This document shows, in pieces, positions 1 to 9,146 of a stretch of DNA of 64,000 bases (its first letter is position 1; the number at the start of each line of letters is the position of its first letter). The position numbers were made by a program, and so were the translations under genes. The notes under the pieces are model-generated. The model saw only the letters and a program-made list of their open reading frames with translations, searched no databases and was not told the DNA's origin. Source of the DNA: an uncultured Bacteroidales bacterium (GTDB lineage Bacteria; Bacteroidota; Bacteroidia; Bacteroidales; GCA-2748055); the NCBI GenBank assembly GCA_963751705.1, contig CAVVVN010000003.1, positions 855,446 to 919,445 on the forward strand, given 5' to 3'.

Positions 1-874
1 AGCCCTTCATCTGCCTGGCAGCGATCTCATGTCCCGGAAATGCGGGAAGCCCGGGGTAGTTCACTTGCTTTATCCGGGGGTGAACCTCCAGGAAATGGGC
101 GAGTTCCATGGCGTTTTCGTTGATCCGTTCCACTCTCAGGTGAATGGTTTTAAGGCTGCGCTCCAGCAGGTAGAGGGTCATGGCATTCAGAGAACCCCCG
201 AAATTTAAACCGGTCTGGTAGATCTCCTTCATAAGCTCCGCTTTGCCAGTTACCGCTCCGGCCAGGATGTCGCTGTGTCCGCCCATATACTTGGTGGCAC
301 TGTGAACCACCAGATCGATGCCCAGAAGGGCAGGTTGCTGGTTGACCGGGGAGGCAAAGGTATTATCGATCACGGATATGATGCCCCTCTTTTTTGACAT
401 TTCCGCCACAGCCTGTATATCCGTGATACTGAGCAGGGGATTGGAAGGGGTTTCGATATAGACCAGGGTAGTGTTCTCCCTGATACAGGATTCCAGGTCG
501 TCGGCGGACTGGCTGGATGCCACGGTGCATGCAATCCCAAAGCGTTCGAATTCCCTCTCCAGGAAGTGGGAGGTGCCCCCGTAGAGCCCTTTCTGAAAGA
601 CCGCATGATCGCCTTTTCCCAGGAAGGTGAAGAGCAGAGTGCTGATGGCTGCCATTCCTGAACTGAACACCAGGGCACTTTCGGTATTCTCCAGGGAGGC
701 AATCTTTCCAGCTACCGCCTTCTCGTTGGGGGTGTTCAGGTAGCGGGGATAGATGGTATCCGGCTGGTCTATATATTCGAAAGAAGTGGAGGTATAGATG
801 GGGGAGTTGATCCCTTTCTCCACCTGATCATGAATGGTGCCGGCGTGGACACATCTTGTGGGAAATCTATCCAT
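1..874 (-). CDS. Cys/Met-metabolism PLP-dependent enzyme (cystathionine lyase/synthase family); 3' end lies beyond the window
   Basis: Absent from the ORF track because there is no stop in the window. My minus-strand translation from the ATG (complement of 872-874) reads MDRFPTRCVHAGT...SATKYMGGHSDILAG (PLP-lysine motif)...YPGLPAFPGHEIAARQMKG, with no stop down to position 1. The ATG overlaps the TAG of the upstream gene (ATGGATAG). Confidence 0.8.
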   Translation of the reverse strand, partial: MDRFPTRCVHAGTIHDQVEKGINSPIYTSTSFEYIDQPDTIYPRYLNTPNEKAVAGKIASLENTESALVFSSGMAAISTLLFTFLGKGDHAVFQKGLYGGTSHFLEREFERFGIACTVASSQSADDLESCIRENTTLVYIETPSNPLLSITDIQAVAEMSKKRGIISVIDNTFASPVNQQPALLGIDLVVHSATKYMGGHSDILAGAVTGKAELMKEIYQTGLNFGGSLNAMTLYLLERSLKTIHLRVERINENAMELAHFLEVHPRIKQVNYPGLPAFPGHEIAARQMKG

Positions 875-2777
875 GGAGCAGTTTTTTCATGGCCTCCAGG
901 TTCCGAGGATTTATTATTTTTTTGGATTCAGGAGTGTAAAGGTATTCGAACAGCTCTTTGTAATGCTCCTCCACCTTGGGGCGTATCACCTTGTAGGTGG
1001 GATTCATAAGCTTGTTCTCCACGGTAAATCCTTCAGCCAGGATCCCCATATTGGCAGGAATCCAGCGCTGGGGAAAAAGATCCCCGTATTTCCCGTCCTT
1101 GCGGTACTCCCGGATTTCATTGTCCACCAGGCTTAGGCAGGCCTTTATCCCTTCCTCCGAATCAGCAGTAAGCCCCTTTCCTTTCAGGTATCTTAGCAGG
1201 GCTTCCCTGCTGGGATGGACCAGTGCCGTTGTATAAGGGTTCTGATTGTTGTGGAGCAAGGCCTGGCTGACATATTCAGACTGATCCGTAAAGGATTCCT
1301 CGATTCCCTCAGGACTGAATTTCTCTCCGTCATCGGCAATCAGCAGACTCTTGTAGCGGCCCAGAACATAGAGGAAGCCATCCGGATCCATGTATCCCAT
1401 ATCCCCGGTATAGAGCCAGCCGTCCCTGATGGTTTCGGCAGTGGCCTCTTCGTTTTTCCAGTAGCCCTTCATGACGTTTTCGCCCCGCACCACAATCTCG
1501 CCCTTTTCGCCCAGGGGCACTTCCACGCCGTCATCATTGCATATTTTCACTTCCATGTTTTCCGGGATCCTGCCCGATGAGCCCATTTTGTAGCCATCCA
1601 CGCTGTTGGCACTGATGATCGGACTGGCCTCGGTAAGTCCGTATCCCTGGTACATGGGGATCCCCAGTGCGTAATAGAATCGTTGCAGTTCAATATCCAG
1701 GAGGGCTCCTCCGCCCACAAAGAACTTCATATTGCCTCCCAGCCCTTCCCGTACCTTTTTAAAGACCACGGCATCAAAGAGTGCATAGAGTGGTTTGAGC
1801 AGGGCTTTCAAGCCCCGTCCCTTGTCCCAGGCAATCCCGTTGTACCTGTAGGCAATTTTCATACCGGCCTGGAAGAGTTTCCAGGTGAATTTCCCCTTGG
1901 CCCGCACCCCACTTTCAATGTTGTTCCGGAAATTCTTGGCAATAGTGGGAACGGAGAACATCAGGTCCGGTTTAATCTCTTTGATATTTTTCCCAATATT
2001 TTTGGTGGTTTCTATGGCATTTTTGCCCATCTCCAGGGAGTACATGCTGGCGCCCACGGCCATGACGGTAAAAATCCCACCTGTGTGCGTGAAACTATGG
2101 TCCCAGGGCAGGAAGAGGAAGAGCCGGAAGTCAGAAGGTACGCTGATTACAGTCAGGGCCTGCTCCGTATTGGAGGCATAGTTGTTCTGGCTCAGCATGA
2201 TTCCCTTTGGATCAGCGGTGGTCCCCGAGGTGTAACAAATATTGGCCACATCATCCCCGCTGATGGAGTCGAAAAGTTTATTTAAGGAGTCCCGGTCCTT
2301 TTCCAGGAGTTTTTTTCCTTCTTCCATAATATCACCCATGTAGACTTCATCTTTCCCGTACTTCTCTTTGGGATCCATCAGGATGATCTTTTCCAGGAGA
2401 GGAAGCTCTTTTTTGATGGCCTCAATTTTCCGGGCCTGGCTGCTGGAGACCACTACCATTCTGGATTCAGAGTGTTTGATCCGGAAGCTCAGGTCGGCAG
2501 GTTCGTTGAGCTGGATGGAGATGGGTACATTGATGGCACCCAGGTAGAACATTCCCATCTCGGCCACCACCCACCAGGTTCGTCCCTCGGCCAGCAGGGT
2601 CAGGCGGTCACCCTTTTCGATCCCCATGCTTTTCAACCCGGCCGCAAACTGGTGGACCTGCTCACGCAACTCTCCATAGGTGGTGGGCTGATACTTTCCG
2701 TCACGCTTCTCCCACATATAAGGGCTTTGGGTATACTTATCCACATTTTCTTCGAAAAACTGTACCAGTGATTTCAT
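867..2777 (-). CDS. Long-chain acyl-CoA synthetase (AMP-forming ligase family)
   Basis: 636-aa ORF with the AMP-binding signature YTSGTTADPKG and TGDMGYMDPDGFLYVLGRYK. Length is typical of FadD-like ligases. Confidence 0.85.
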   Translation of the reverse strand: MKSLVQFFEENVDKYTQSPYMWEKRDGKYQPTTYGELREQVHQFAAGLKSMGIEKGDRLTLLAEGRTWWVVAEMGMFYLGAINVPISIQLNEPADLSFRIKHSESRMVVVSSSQARKIEAIKKELPLLEKIILMDPKEKYGKDEVYMGDIMEEGKKLLEKDRDSLNKLFDSISGDDVANICYTSGTTADPKGIMLSQNNYASNTEQALTVISVPSDFRLFLFLPWDHSFTHTGGIFTVMAVGASMYSLEMGKNAIETTKNIGKNIKEIKPDLMFSVPTIAKNFRNNIESGVRAKGKFTWKLFQAGMKIAYRYNGIAWDKGRGLKALLKPLYALFDAVVFKKVREGLGGNMKFFVGGGALLDIELQRFYYALGIPMYQGYGLTEASPIISANSVDGYKMGSSGRIPENMEVKICNDDGVEVPLGEKGEIVVRGENVMKGYWKNEEATAETIRDGWLYTGDMGYMDPDGFLYVLGRYKSLLIADDGEKFSPEGIEESFTDQSEYVSQALLHNNQNPYTTALVHPSREALLRYLKGKGLTADSEEGIKACLSLVDNEIREYRKDGKYGDLFPQRWIPANMGILAEGFTVENKLMNPTYKVIRPKVEEHYKELFEYLYTPESKKIINPRNLEAMKKLLHG

Positions 2778-2882
2778 ATATTTAAGTTTTGAAAAGCAAA
2801 GTATGAAAATAGTTAAAATTGCCGGATATGAGAAGGCATTCTACTGAAAGAAACCTTTCTTATGCGGAGTAAAGATCATCGT

Positions 2883-3338
2883 ATGAAAGCATCAGGTATC
2901 TCTGTTTTTCTCCTCTTTGTCTGCTTTTGTATCTCCTGTGGGATCCATGTGGGCGACCCGCTTACAGCCTCCGCTCCGGTAATTGTCTATAAGACCAAAA
3001 TGGACTACCGGGACCGGGTATCGGTGCAGCTGTCCGCAGACAAAAGGACCATCACAGCCTATCCGGCCCCCTCAGATGTGCCTTTTCAAAAACCCCTTGA
3101 ACTGGCAGAAGGATATCTGCTCAAACGTATGGTGGGGGATGCCTATTTATCCCTGACCATAGAGGAGTATGCAGGGAGCTCACGCAGATATTCCGCTGAG
3201 GACTTGCTGGAACTGGTGGTAGATATGGATCCTTACCTGGAAATTTTTGACTGCAGCGGATGCTGCGGCGGAGATACTGCCTCCCTCAATGATCTGATCA
3301 GAAAGAATAAGCTGTCCAGATGCAAAACACTTCGATAG
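2883..3338 (+). CDS. Hypothetical lipoprotein
   Basis: The ORF track starts at 2862; the internal ATG at 2883 gives MKASGISVFLLFVCFCISCG (signal peptide plus lipobox Cys). I recognise no family. Confidence 0.5.
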   Translation: MKASGISVFLLFVCFCISCGIHVGDPLTASAPVIVYKTKMDYRDRVSVQLSADKRTITAYPAPSDVPFQKPLELAEGYLLKRMVGDAYLSLTIEEYAGSSRRYSAEDLLELVVDMDPYLEIFDCSGCCGGDTASLNDLIRKNKLSRCKTLR

Positions 3339-3341
3339 CGT

Positions 3342-4598
3342 CTACAATTCAATAATTTGCTCCCGGTCGGGACCCACGGATACAAATTTTACCGGGACCT
3401 GGAGTTCCTTTTCCAGGAAAGTGATGTAGTCCTTTAATTCGCCGGGGAACTGTTCCTTGGAACGAACGCCGGTCAGATCGGTAAGCCATCCGGGCATTTC
3501 TGTGAATACCGGTTTGACTTCTACATTCAGATCGTAGGGCATCTGATCTGTCAGTTCTCCATTCACTGAATAGGCCGTTACTATCCGGATCACCTCGAAA
3601 CTGTCCAGTACATCTGTCTTGGTCATGATCAACTGGGTCACCCCGTTCAGCATCAGGCTGTATTTTAATGCTACCAGGTCCAGCCACCCGCATCTGCGCG
3701 GCCTTCCGGTAGTGGCTCCGTATTCTTTCCCGATATCCCTTAGCTTTTCCCCCACTTCGTCCAGCAGTTCAGAGGGGAAGGGACCGCTTCCTACCCGGGT
3801 GCAATAGGCTTTGAATATGCCATATACCTCTCCAATGGCGGAAGGAGCTACTCCCATACCCGTACAGGCACCTGCGCAAATGGTGTTTGAGGATGTGACG
3901 AAAGGGTAGGAGCCAAAGTCAATATCCAACAAGGTTCCCTGGGCGCCTTCAGCCAGGATACTCTTTCCCTCTTCCATGAGACGGAATAACTCATATTCCG
4001 TGTCCACCCGCTTGAATTTACGGATCACCTCAATGGCCTCGAAGAATTTTTCTTCTTCCTCCAGGGTATATTCATAATCGTACAGTTTCAGCAATTGCAT
4101 ATGCTTCGCTTTCAGCGTTTCATATTTTTCCCTGAAATTGAGGTCGATATCCCCCACGCGCAGGCCGTTGCGACCGGTTTTGTCCATGTAGGTAGGGCCG
4201 ATTCCCTTTAGCGTGGATCCAATCTTTGATTTTCCCTTGGCTGCCTCGGAAGCTGCATCCAGAATCCGGTGGGTCGGTAGGATCAGGTGGGCCCTTTTGG
4301 AGATCCAGAGATTCTTGGTCAGATCGATGTTCATGGCCTCCACTGTTTCAATTTCACGCCTGAAAATATTGGGATCCAGCACCACCCCGTTGGCGATTAT
4401 ATTCAGTTTATCTTCCCTGAAGATCCCGGAAGGAATGTTGTGAAGGACATGCTTGATGTTGTTGAATTCCAGGGTGTGTCCTGCATTCGGTCCACCCTGG
4501 AACCGGGTAATCACGTCATAGCGGGGAGTTAAGACATCCACTACTTTACCTTTTCCTTCATCTCCCCACTGGAGACCTAAGAGCACGTCAACTTTCAT
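3342..4598 (-). CDS. purA: Adenylosuccinate synthetase
   Basis: 418 aa. N-terminal P-loop LQWGDEGKGK, plus GIGPTY and GTTGRPRRCGW motifs. Confidence 0.95.
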   Translation of the reverse strand: MKVDVLLGLQWGDEGKGKVVDVLTPRYDVITRFQGGPNAGHTLEFNNIKHVLHNIPSGIFREDKLNIIANGVVLDPNIFRREIETVEAMNIDLTKNLWISKRAHLILPTHRILDAASEAAKGKSKIGSTLKGIGPTYMDKTGRNGLRVGDIDLNFREKYETLKAKHMQLLKLYDYEYTLEEEEKFFEAIEVIRKFKRVDTEYELFRLMEEGKSILAEGAQGTLLDIDFGSYPFVTSSNTICAGACTGMGVAPSAIGEVYGIFKAYCTRVGSGPFPSELLDEVGEKLRDIGKEYGATTGRPRRCGWLDLVALKYSLMLNGVTQLIMTKTDVLDSFEVIRIVTAYSVNGELTDQMPYDLNVEVKPVFTEMPGWLTDLTGVRSKEQFPGELKDYITFLEKELQVPVKFVSVGPDREQIIEL

Positions 4599-4678
4599 AA
4601 ATATTAAGATTTTTTTTGCACAAGACTGAAAGGGTTGCTGGTATTAAATCCGGATAAAATTAAGAAAAAAACCGCTAC

Positions 4679-5134
4679 CTATTTATTCCCGTCCTGGCCA
4701 AACTTGCTCCTTCCATAGATATAAAGGGAGTGGTGACTGGGTGTAAAGTTATTAAGTTCGCAGGCCGTCTTGATGATCTCCTCAATTCTGGGGTCACAAA
4801 ACTCGATCACATTGCCAGAGTCCATGTCGATCAGGTGATCGTGCTGCATGCAGCGATATGCCTTCTCAAACTGGGCAATATTCTTACCGAACTGGTGCTT
4901 CACAACCAGACTGCAATCCAGCAGCAATTCAATGGTATTGTAGAGTGTAGCCCTGCTAACCCGGTAGTTTTTGTTCTTCATAAAGATATAGAGCGACTCT
5001 ATATCAAAGTGCCCATCCCGGGAATAAATCTCATCCAGAATAGCATAACGTTCGGGTGTCTTCCGGTGCCCTTTTCTCTCCAGGTAATCTGTGAAGATTT
5101 GTTTTACCGTATCTTTGGTCTCCTCTTGCACCAT
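4679..5134 (-). CDS. Fur-family metal-responsive transcriptional regulator
   Basis: 151 aa. Winged-helix N-terminal half followed by a [18 protein letters not shown] metal-site region typical of Fur/PerR/Zur proteins. Confidence 0.8.
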   Translation of the reverse strand: MVQEETKDTVKQIFTDYLERKGHRKTPERYAILDEIYSRDGHFDIESLYIFMKNKNYRVSRATLYNTIELLLDCSLVVKHQFGKNIAQFEKAYRCMQHDHLIDMDSGNVIEFCDPRIEEIIKTACELNNFTPSHHSLYIYGRSKFGQDGNK

Positions 5135-5204
5135 ACTTAGTCTAAGTAAAAATTACTTCGCAATATAATAATAATTTTAATTTAGAACAGATAAAGGGGG
5201 AATT

Positions 5205-7424
5205 TTACTCCGTCACATCAACCCGATGGACCGAATCCACTCCGCGAAGTTTCATCAGATTAAGGATCAGGTTGTTAAGATCTTTTTTATTGTGCACGTA
5301 GAGGTCAATGGTACCGTTGAAAATTCCATCGTGACCATGCAGATTGATGGTCCTCATGCTGATGTTTAACTCTTTGGTGATGGTATTGGTGATGGAGTTG
5401 TATACTCCAAAACGATCCCAGCCGTTCAGCTGGATCCGGGCCAGGTAGGAGAGTACCTTGTGCTGGGTCCACTTGGCGGCCACCAGCTTATCCCCCTGGC
5501 TGGACATGATTTTAACTGCCGTATTGCAGTCGGTCCGGTGAACCAGCACGGTGCCATCATCCTGCCTTACCGCCACCACTTCGTCGCCTGGAATCGGATT
5601 GCAGCATTTGGCCAGTTGGTAGGGGCTCTCCTCGGTACCAACACTTTCTCTCAGTATCATAGTGCCCCTGGAATCAAACTCCTCTTTATTCTCGATTTTT
5701 TTCTGAGACCGGCCCACCGACAGGTCCCATACCCTCACCCATTTATTCTTTGTATTCTTACTGAGAACCTCCTTCAGATCCTCCAGGGTAATCATTCCAC
5801 TTCCTATTTTGGAGTAGAGTTCATCCTTATGGGTGGAGTCATAGGCCGGTACCAGTTTCTTAAGGATTCTTGAACTGGGAGTCAGATTCAGCTCTTTCAG
5901 CTTTTCTATCAGAAGCTGTTTTCCTACCTCGGTCCGGTTCTTGGTCTCAGCCTTCAGGGCATTCTTGATGGCTGTTTTGGCTTTGACCGTGCTGACAAAC
6001 TGATACCATTCCATGGTGGGCTTCTGCACCTCTGAGGAAAGAATCTCCACCTGGTCGCCACTGCTTAAAATATGGCTCAGGGGAACCAGTTTGTGGTTGA
6101 CTTTGGCTCCGATTGCCTTGTTCCCGATCTCCGTATGAATCTCATAGGCAAAATCAAGTGCAGTCGAATCTGTTGGAAGAGTGATGATGTGACCCTTGGG
6201 AGTAAAAACCATAATCTCCGAGGAGAAGAGGTTCAGTTTAAAATCGTCCAGAAACTCCAGGGCATCTCCTGAGGGGGTTTCCAGGGTTTCCCTGATTCGC
6301 TTGATCCATTTATCCAGCTCCGACTCCGGGGAGGTTTTATCCTTGTATTTCCAATGTGCTGCAAAGCCCCTTTCAGCAATCTCATTCATCCGCCTGGAAC
6401 GGATCTGCACTTCCATCCATTTTCCGTTTGGGCCCATGACGGTCGTATGCAGGGCTTCGTATCCATTGGCCTTGGGAGTGGATACCCAGTCGCGGATCCG
6501 CTCCGGTTTGGGCGCATAGATATCCGTAATAATGGAATAGACGTTCCAGCATTGCGTTTTTTCAGGCACATCCGGTTTGGGTTCGAATACGATGCGAATG
6601 GCAAACAGGTCATAGATCTCTTCGAAGGCTACATTTTTCTGGTGCATTTTCTGCCAGATGGAGTAAATGGATTTGGGCCGTCCCGAAATGTCGAACTCAA
6701 ATCCATTTTTCACCAGGGCATCCATAATGGGCAGGGAGAAATGATTGATCACATGCAAACGCCTCTCTTCCGTTAATTTGATCTTTTCCGATAATTCATT
6801 ATAGACTTCGGGATAGCGGTATTTCAGGCTCAGATCTTCAAGTTCCGATTTCACCGTATACAGACCTAATCGGTGTGCCAGGGGAGCATACAGATAGATG
6901 GTTTCGCCGGCTATTTTAATTTGTTTGTTTCTTGGAAGAGAGCCCAGGGTGCGCATATTGTGCAGACGATCCGCCAGTTTTATAAAGATTACCCTGACAT
7001 CATCGGAAAGGGTGAGCAGCATTTTCCGGAAGTTTTCCGCCTGCAGGGAATTGGATTCCTTGTCAAATACGCCCGAGATCTTGGTGAGGCCGTCAACGAT
7101 AGAGGCGATCTTTTTTCCAAAAGCATTCTCGATGTCCTCAATGCTTATATCCGTATCTTCCACCACATCGTGCAGGATGGCACATACCGTACTGGTCACT
7201 CCCAGCCCAATTTCCTGGCTGACAATAAGAGCAACCTCCAGGGGGTGAATAATATAAGGCTCTCCCGATTTTCTGAGTGTTCCCTTATGTGCCTCATAAG
7301 CCATCTTAAAGGCTTTCCGGATTAGCTTCTCATCCTTGGGCGATTTGCAATAGGAACAGTTTTGAATCAAGCGTTCAAGCAGCTTATTAATCTTATCCTC
7401 GTCTGTTAATACCTTTTCCTCCAT
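5205..7424 (-). CDS. Bifunctional (p)ppGpp synthetase/hydrolase (RelA/SpoT family)
   Basis: 739 aa. HD hydrolase motif HPLEVA...HDVVEDT, synthetase region YSIWQKM...DLFAIRIV, then TGS and ACT-like C-terminal parts. Confidence 0.95.
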   Translation of the reverse strand: MEEKVLTDEDKINKLLERLIQNCSYCKSPKDEKLIRKAFKMAYEAHKGTLRKSGEPYIIHPLEVALIVSQEIGLGVTSTVCAILHDVVEDTDISIEDIENAFGKKIASIVDGLTKISGVFDKESNSLQAENFRKMLLTLSDDVRVIFIKLADRLHNMRTLGSLPRNKQIKIAGETIYLYAPLAHRLGLYTVKSELEDLSLKYRYPEVYNELSEKIKLTEERRLHVINHFSLPIMDALVKNGFEFDISGRPKSIYSIWQKMHQKNVAFEEIYDLFAIRIVFEPKPDVPEKTQCWNVYSIITDIYAPKPERIRDWVSTPKANGYEALHTTVMGPNGKWMEVQIRSRRMNEIAERGFAAHWKYKDKTSPESELDKWIKRIRETLETPSGDALEFLDDFKLNLFSSEIMVFTPKGHIITLPTDSTALDFAYEIHTEIGNKAIGAKVNHKLVPLSHILSSGDQVEILSSEVQKPTMEWYQFVSTVKAKTAIKNALKAETKNRTEVGKQLLIEKLKELNLTPSSRILKKLVPAYDSTHKDELYSKIGSGMITLEDLKEVLSKNTKNKWVRVWDLSVGRSQKKIENKEEFDSRGTMILRESVGTEESPYQLAKCCNPIPGDEVVAVRQDDGTVLVHRTDCNTAVKIMSSQGDKLVAAKWTQHKVLSYLARIQLNGWDRFGVYNSITNTITKELNISMRTINLHGHDGIFNGTIDLYVHNKKDLNNLILNLMKLRGVDSVHRVDVTE

Positions 7425-7507
7425 ATAAGCTCTGCGTCCTTTTGGACGTGAATCACAAAATTAGTGATTTAAGGTAAAGAGTATGACAATGTGGAATTTT
7501 TTTTGGA

Positions 7508-9028
7508 TCAGGGATACAAAACGGTCACATTCCCGGTGTAGGTTTTAAACAATCCGGTGTAGTCAGTATACTGGACATAGTAGACATAGACGCCTTCATT
7601 TACAAAGTCTCCCCCCTTGGAACGTCCGTCCCATCCTTTCCCCGGGTCTTTTGTTTCAAACATCTTCCGGCCACCCCGGTCCATTACCATCAGAACGTAT
7701 TCCCGGGGAGCAAAGTCCATCTGCGGCTTAAATTCAAAATTCATATCATTGCTTCCCGGGGTGAAAGCGCTGGGTAACTGCATATGAGTTTCCACCGTTG
7801 CTTCCGTTATATTGGAGTAACTTATCGCTTCTTCGCCCAGCGCACCGGGATTACTCACTGCGCGTACCCTGTAATGCACCTCGCCGGGCTGAAAGCCATT
7901 CACAACTGACTGGATTGGTTCCTGCCACTGGGTACTCAGCGGTCCCATGGTCTCCAGATCCACAAAGTCCCCGCTTCCGTTTCTTCGCTGGATGACATAG
8001 GCTGCAAGCCCTGCTTCAAAAGTCTCGTAAGGGGTCCAGCTCAGGGTGATCATCTGGTTTTGTATCTCATTTACCAGCAGGATGTTGTTCCCGGGATTGG
8101 ACTGGGAAAGTACCAGGGGGGTGGAACATTCATTGGGGAGAAAAACAGACTCCACGATGTACTGGTAACTGATGGTCGATGTTGAAAACTCATCCTGGAA
8201 AAGCTGGGTGGATTCGCTTATGTTCCAGAGGTTTTCCACCTCTATATAGGGGGTGTTAGGATTACTTCTCCTGGATATCCTGAAACTTTTAACCGGACCG
8301 TCAATATCTGCCGTAAACTGGAGTTCCACTGTTGCCTCATCCAACACTGTAACATGATCTATAATCAGGGAAGTGGGAGCTTGCGGATGCAAAGTGGCTA
8401 CCGTTTCCAGGGCAGAGAGCGAGGATATCCCGGTGGGGGCATGAATGGTTTCAATGTAATAGCTGTAGGTGGCATTCCCCACTACATTCTCATGAATAAA
8501 GGTATTAGTGCCGGCCTGGACGAAATCCAACAGTTGCATGGGTTCATTTGATCTGCCACCGTAAATATTGTATCCGGCAATTTCTCCTTCCCAACCCTCG
8601 TAGCTGGTCCACGTAAGTGTATTGGAATGCGTACAAAGATCAAACTCTACGTAGAGGTCCACAGCTCTGTGCACATTATCGCTGAAAATACTCCTGATCG
8701 AATCATTGGTTTCAGCGGTAACTGCATAAGCCAGGTTGTGCAGCTCACTGTTCATGTGTTTAAATTCCAGGATATTGGAAGAGAATTCCAGGAGTTGAGA
8801 GAAGCTCATGTCAGGATTTCTTCTCCACAACTGATAGAAGGCGATCCCGGTATCGGTACTGGGCTCCCACCTGATGAGGACTCCATTGTCGGAGTGGTCT
8901 ACCGTTACTACGATCAGATCCGGAATATCGGGCAGATCCTGAGCTGACGTCCGGAGAGGATATAAAAAGAGGAGCACTACAAGTAGTGCCGGAAACAGGA
9001 TCTCCGGATATGCTTTTACTCTCCTCAT
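7508..9028 (-). CDS. Secreted FN3-repeat protein with a T9SS type B (gliding-motility-associated) C-terminal sorting domain
   Basis: Signal peptide (LLVVLLFLYPLRTSAQD). The C-terminus, FTPGSNDMNFEF...VMDRGGRKMFE...GWDGRSKGG...GVYVYYV, matches the CHU_C/type B sorting-domain pattern. Confidence 0.7.
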   Translation of the reverse strand: MRRVKAYPEILFPALLVVLLFLYPLRTSAQDLPDIPDLIVVTVDHSDNGVLIRWEPSTDTGIAFYQLWRRNPDMSFSQLLEFSSNILEFKHMNSELHNLAYAVTAETNDSIRSIFSDNVHRAVDLYVEFDLCTHSNTLTWTSYEGWEGEIAGYNIYGGRSNEPMQLLDFVQAGTNTFIHENVVGNATYSYYIETIHAPTGISSLSALETVATLHPQAPTSLIIDHVTVLDEATVELQFTADIDGPVKSFRISRRSNPNTPYIEVENLWNISESTQLFQDEFSTSTISYQYIVESVFLPNECSTPLVLSQSNPGNNILLVNEIQNQMITLSWTPYETFEAGLAAYVIQRRNGSGDFVDLETMGPLSTQWQEPIQSVVNGFQPGEVHYRVRAVSNPGALGEEAISYSNITEATVETHMQLPSAFTPGSNDMNFEFKPQMDFAPREYVLMVMDRGGRKMFETKDPGKGWDGRSKGGDFVNEGVYVYYVQYTDYTGLFKTYTGNVTVLYP

Positions 9029-9131
9029 TTCTAAAATAAACGTATTTCCCGGCTTTATGTTTTGTGATTGCCCTACACAAAGATAATAGTTATAAATAGA
9101 GCATACCCTATGGTTCTGTAGGGTAAAATGT

Positions 9132-9139
9132 TAATTTTG
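9132..9139 (+). promoter_or_regulatory. Bacteroidota-type -7 promoter box (TAnnTTTG)
   Basis: TAATTTTG lies 7 nt upstream of the ClC ATG at 9147. Confidence 0.3.
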
Positions 9140-9146
9140 TCACTCT

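Noticed and set aside
5135-5204. A possible Fur box in the AT-rich spacer upstream of the Fur-family gene (AATATAATAATAATTTTAATT).
   Set aside because: It is merely AT-rich. I could not align a convincing 19-bp palindrome or hexamer array, and the Bacteroidota Fur consensus is not something I can apply reliably by eye.
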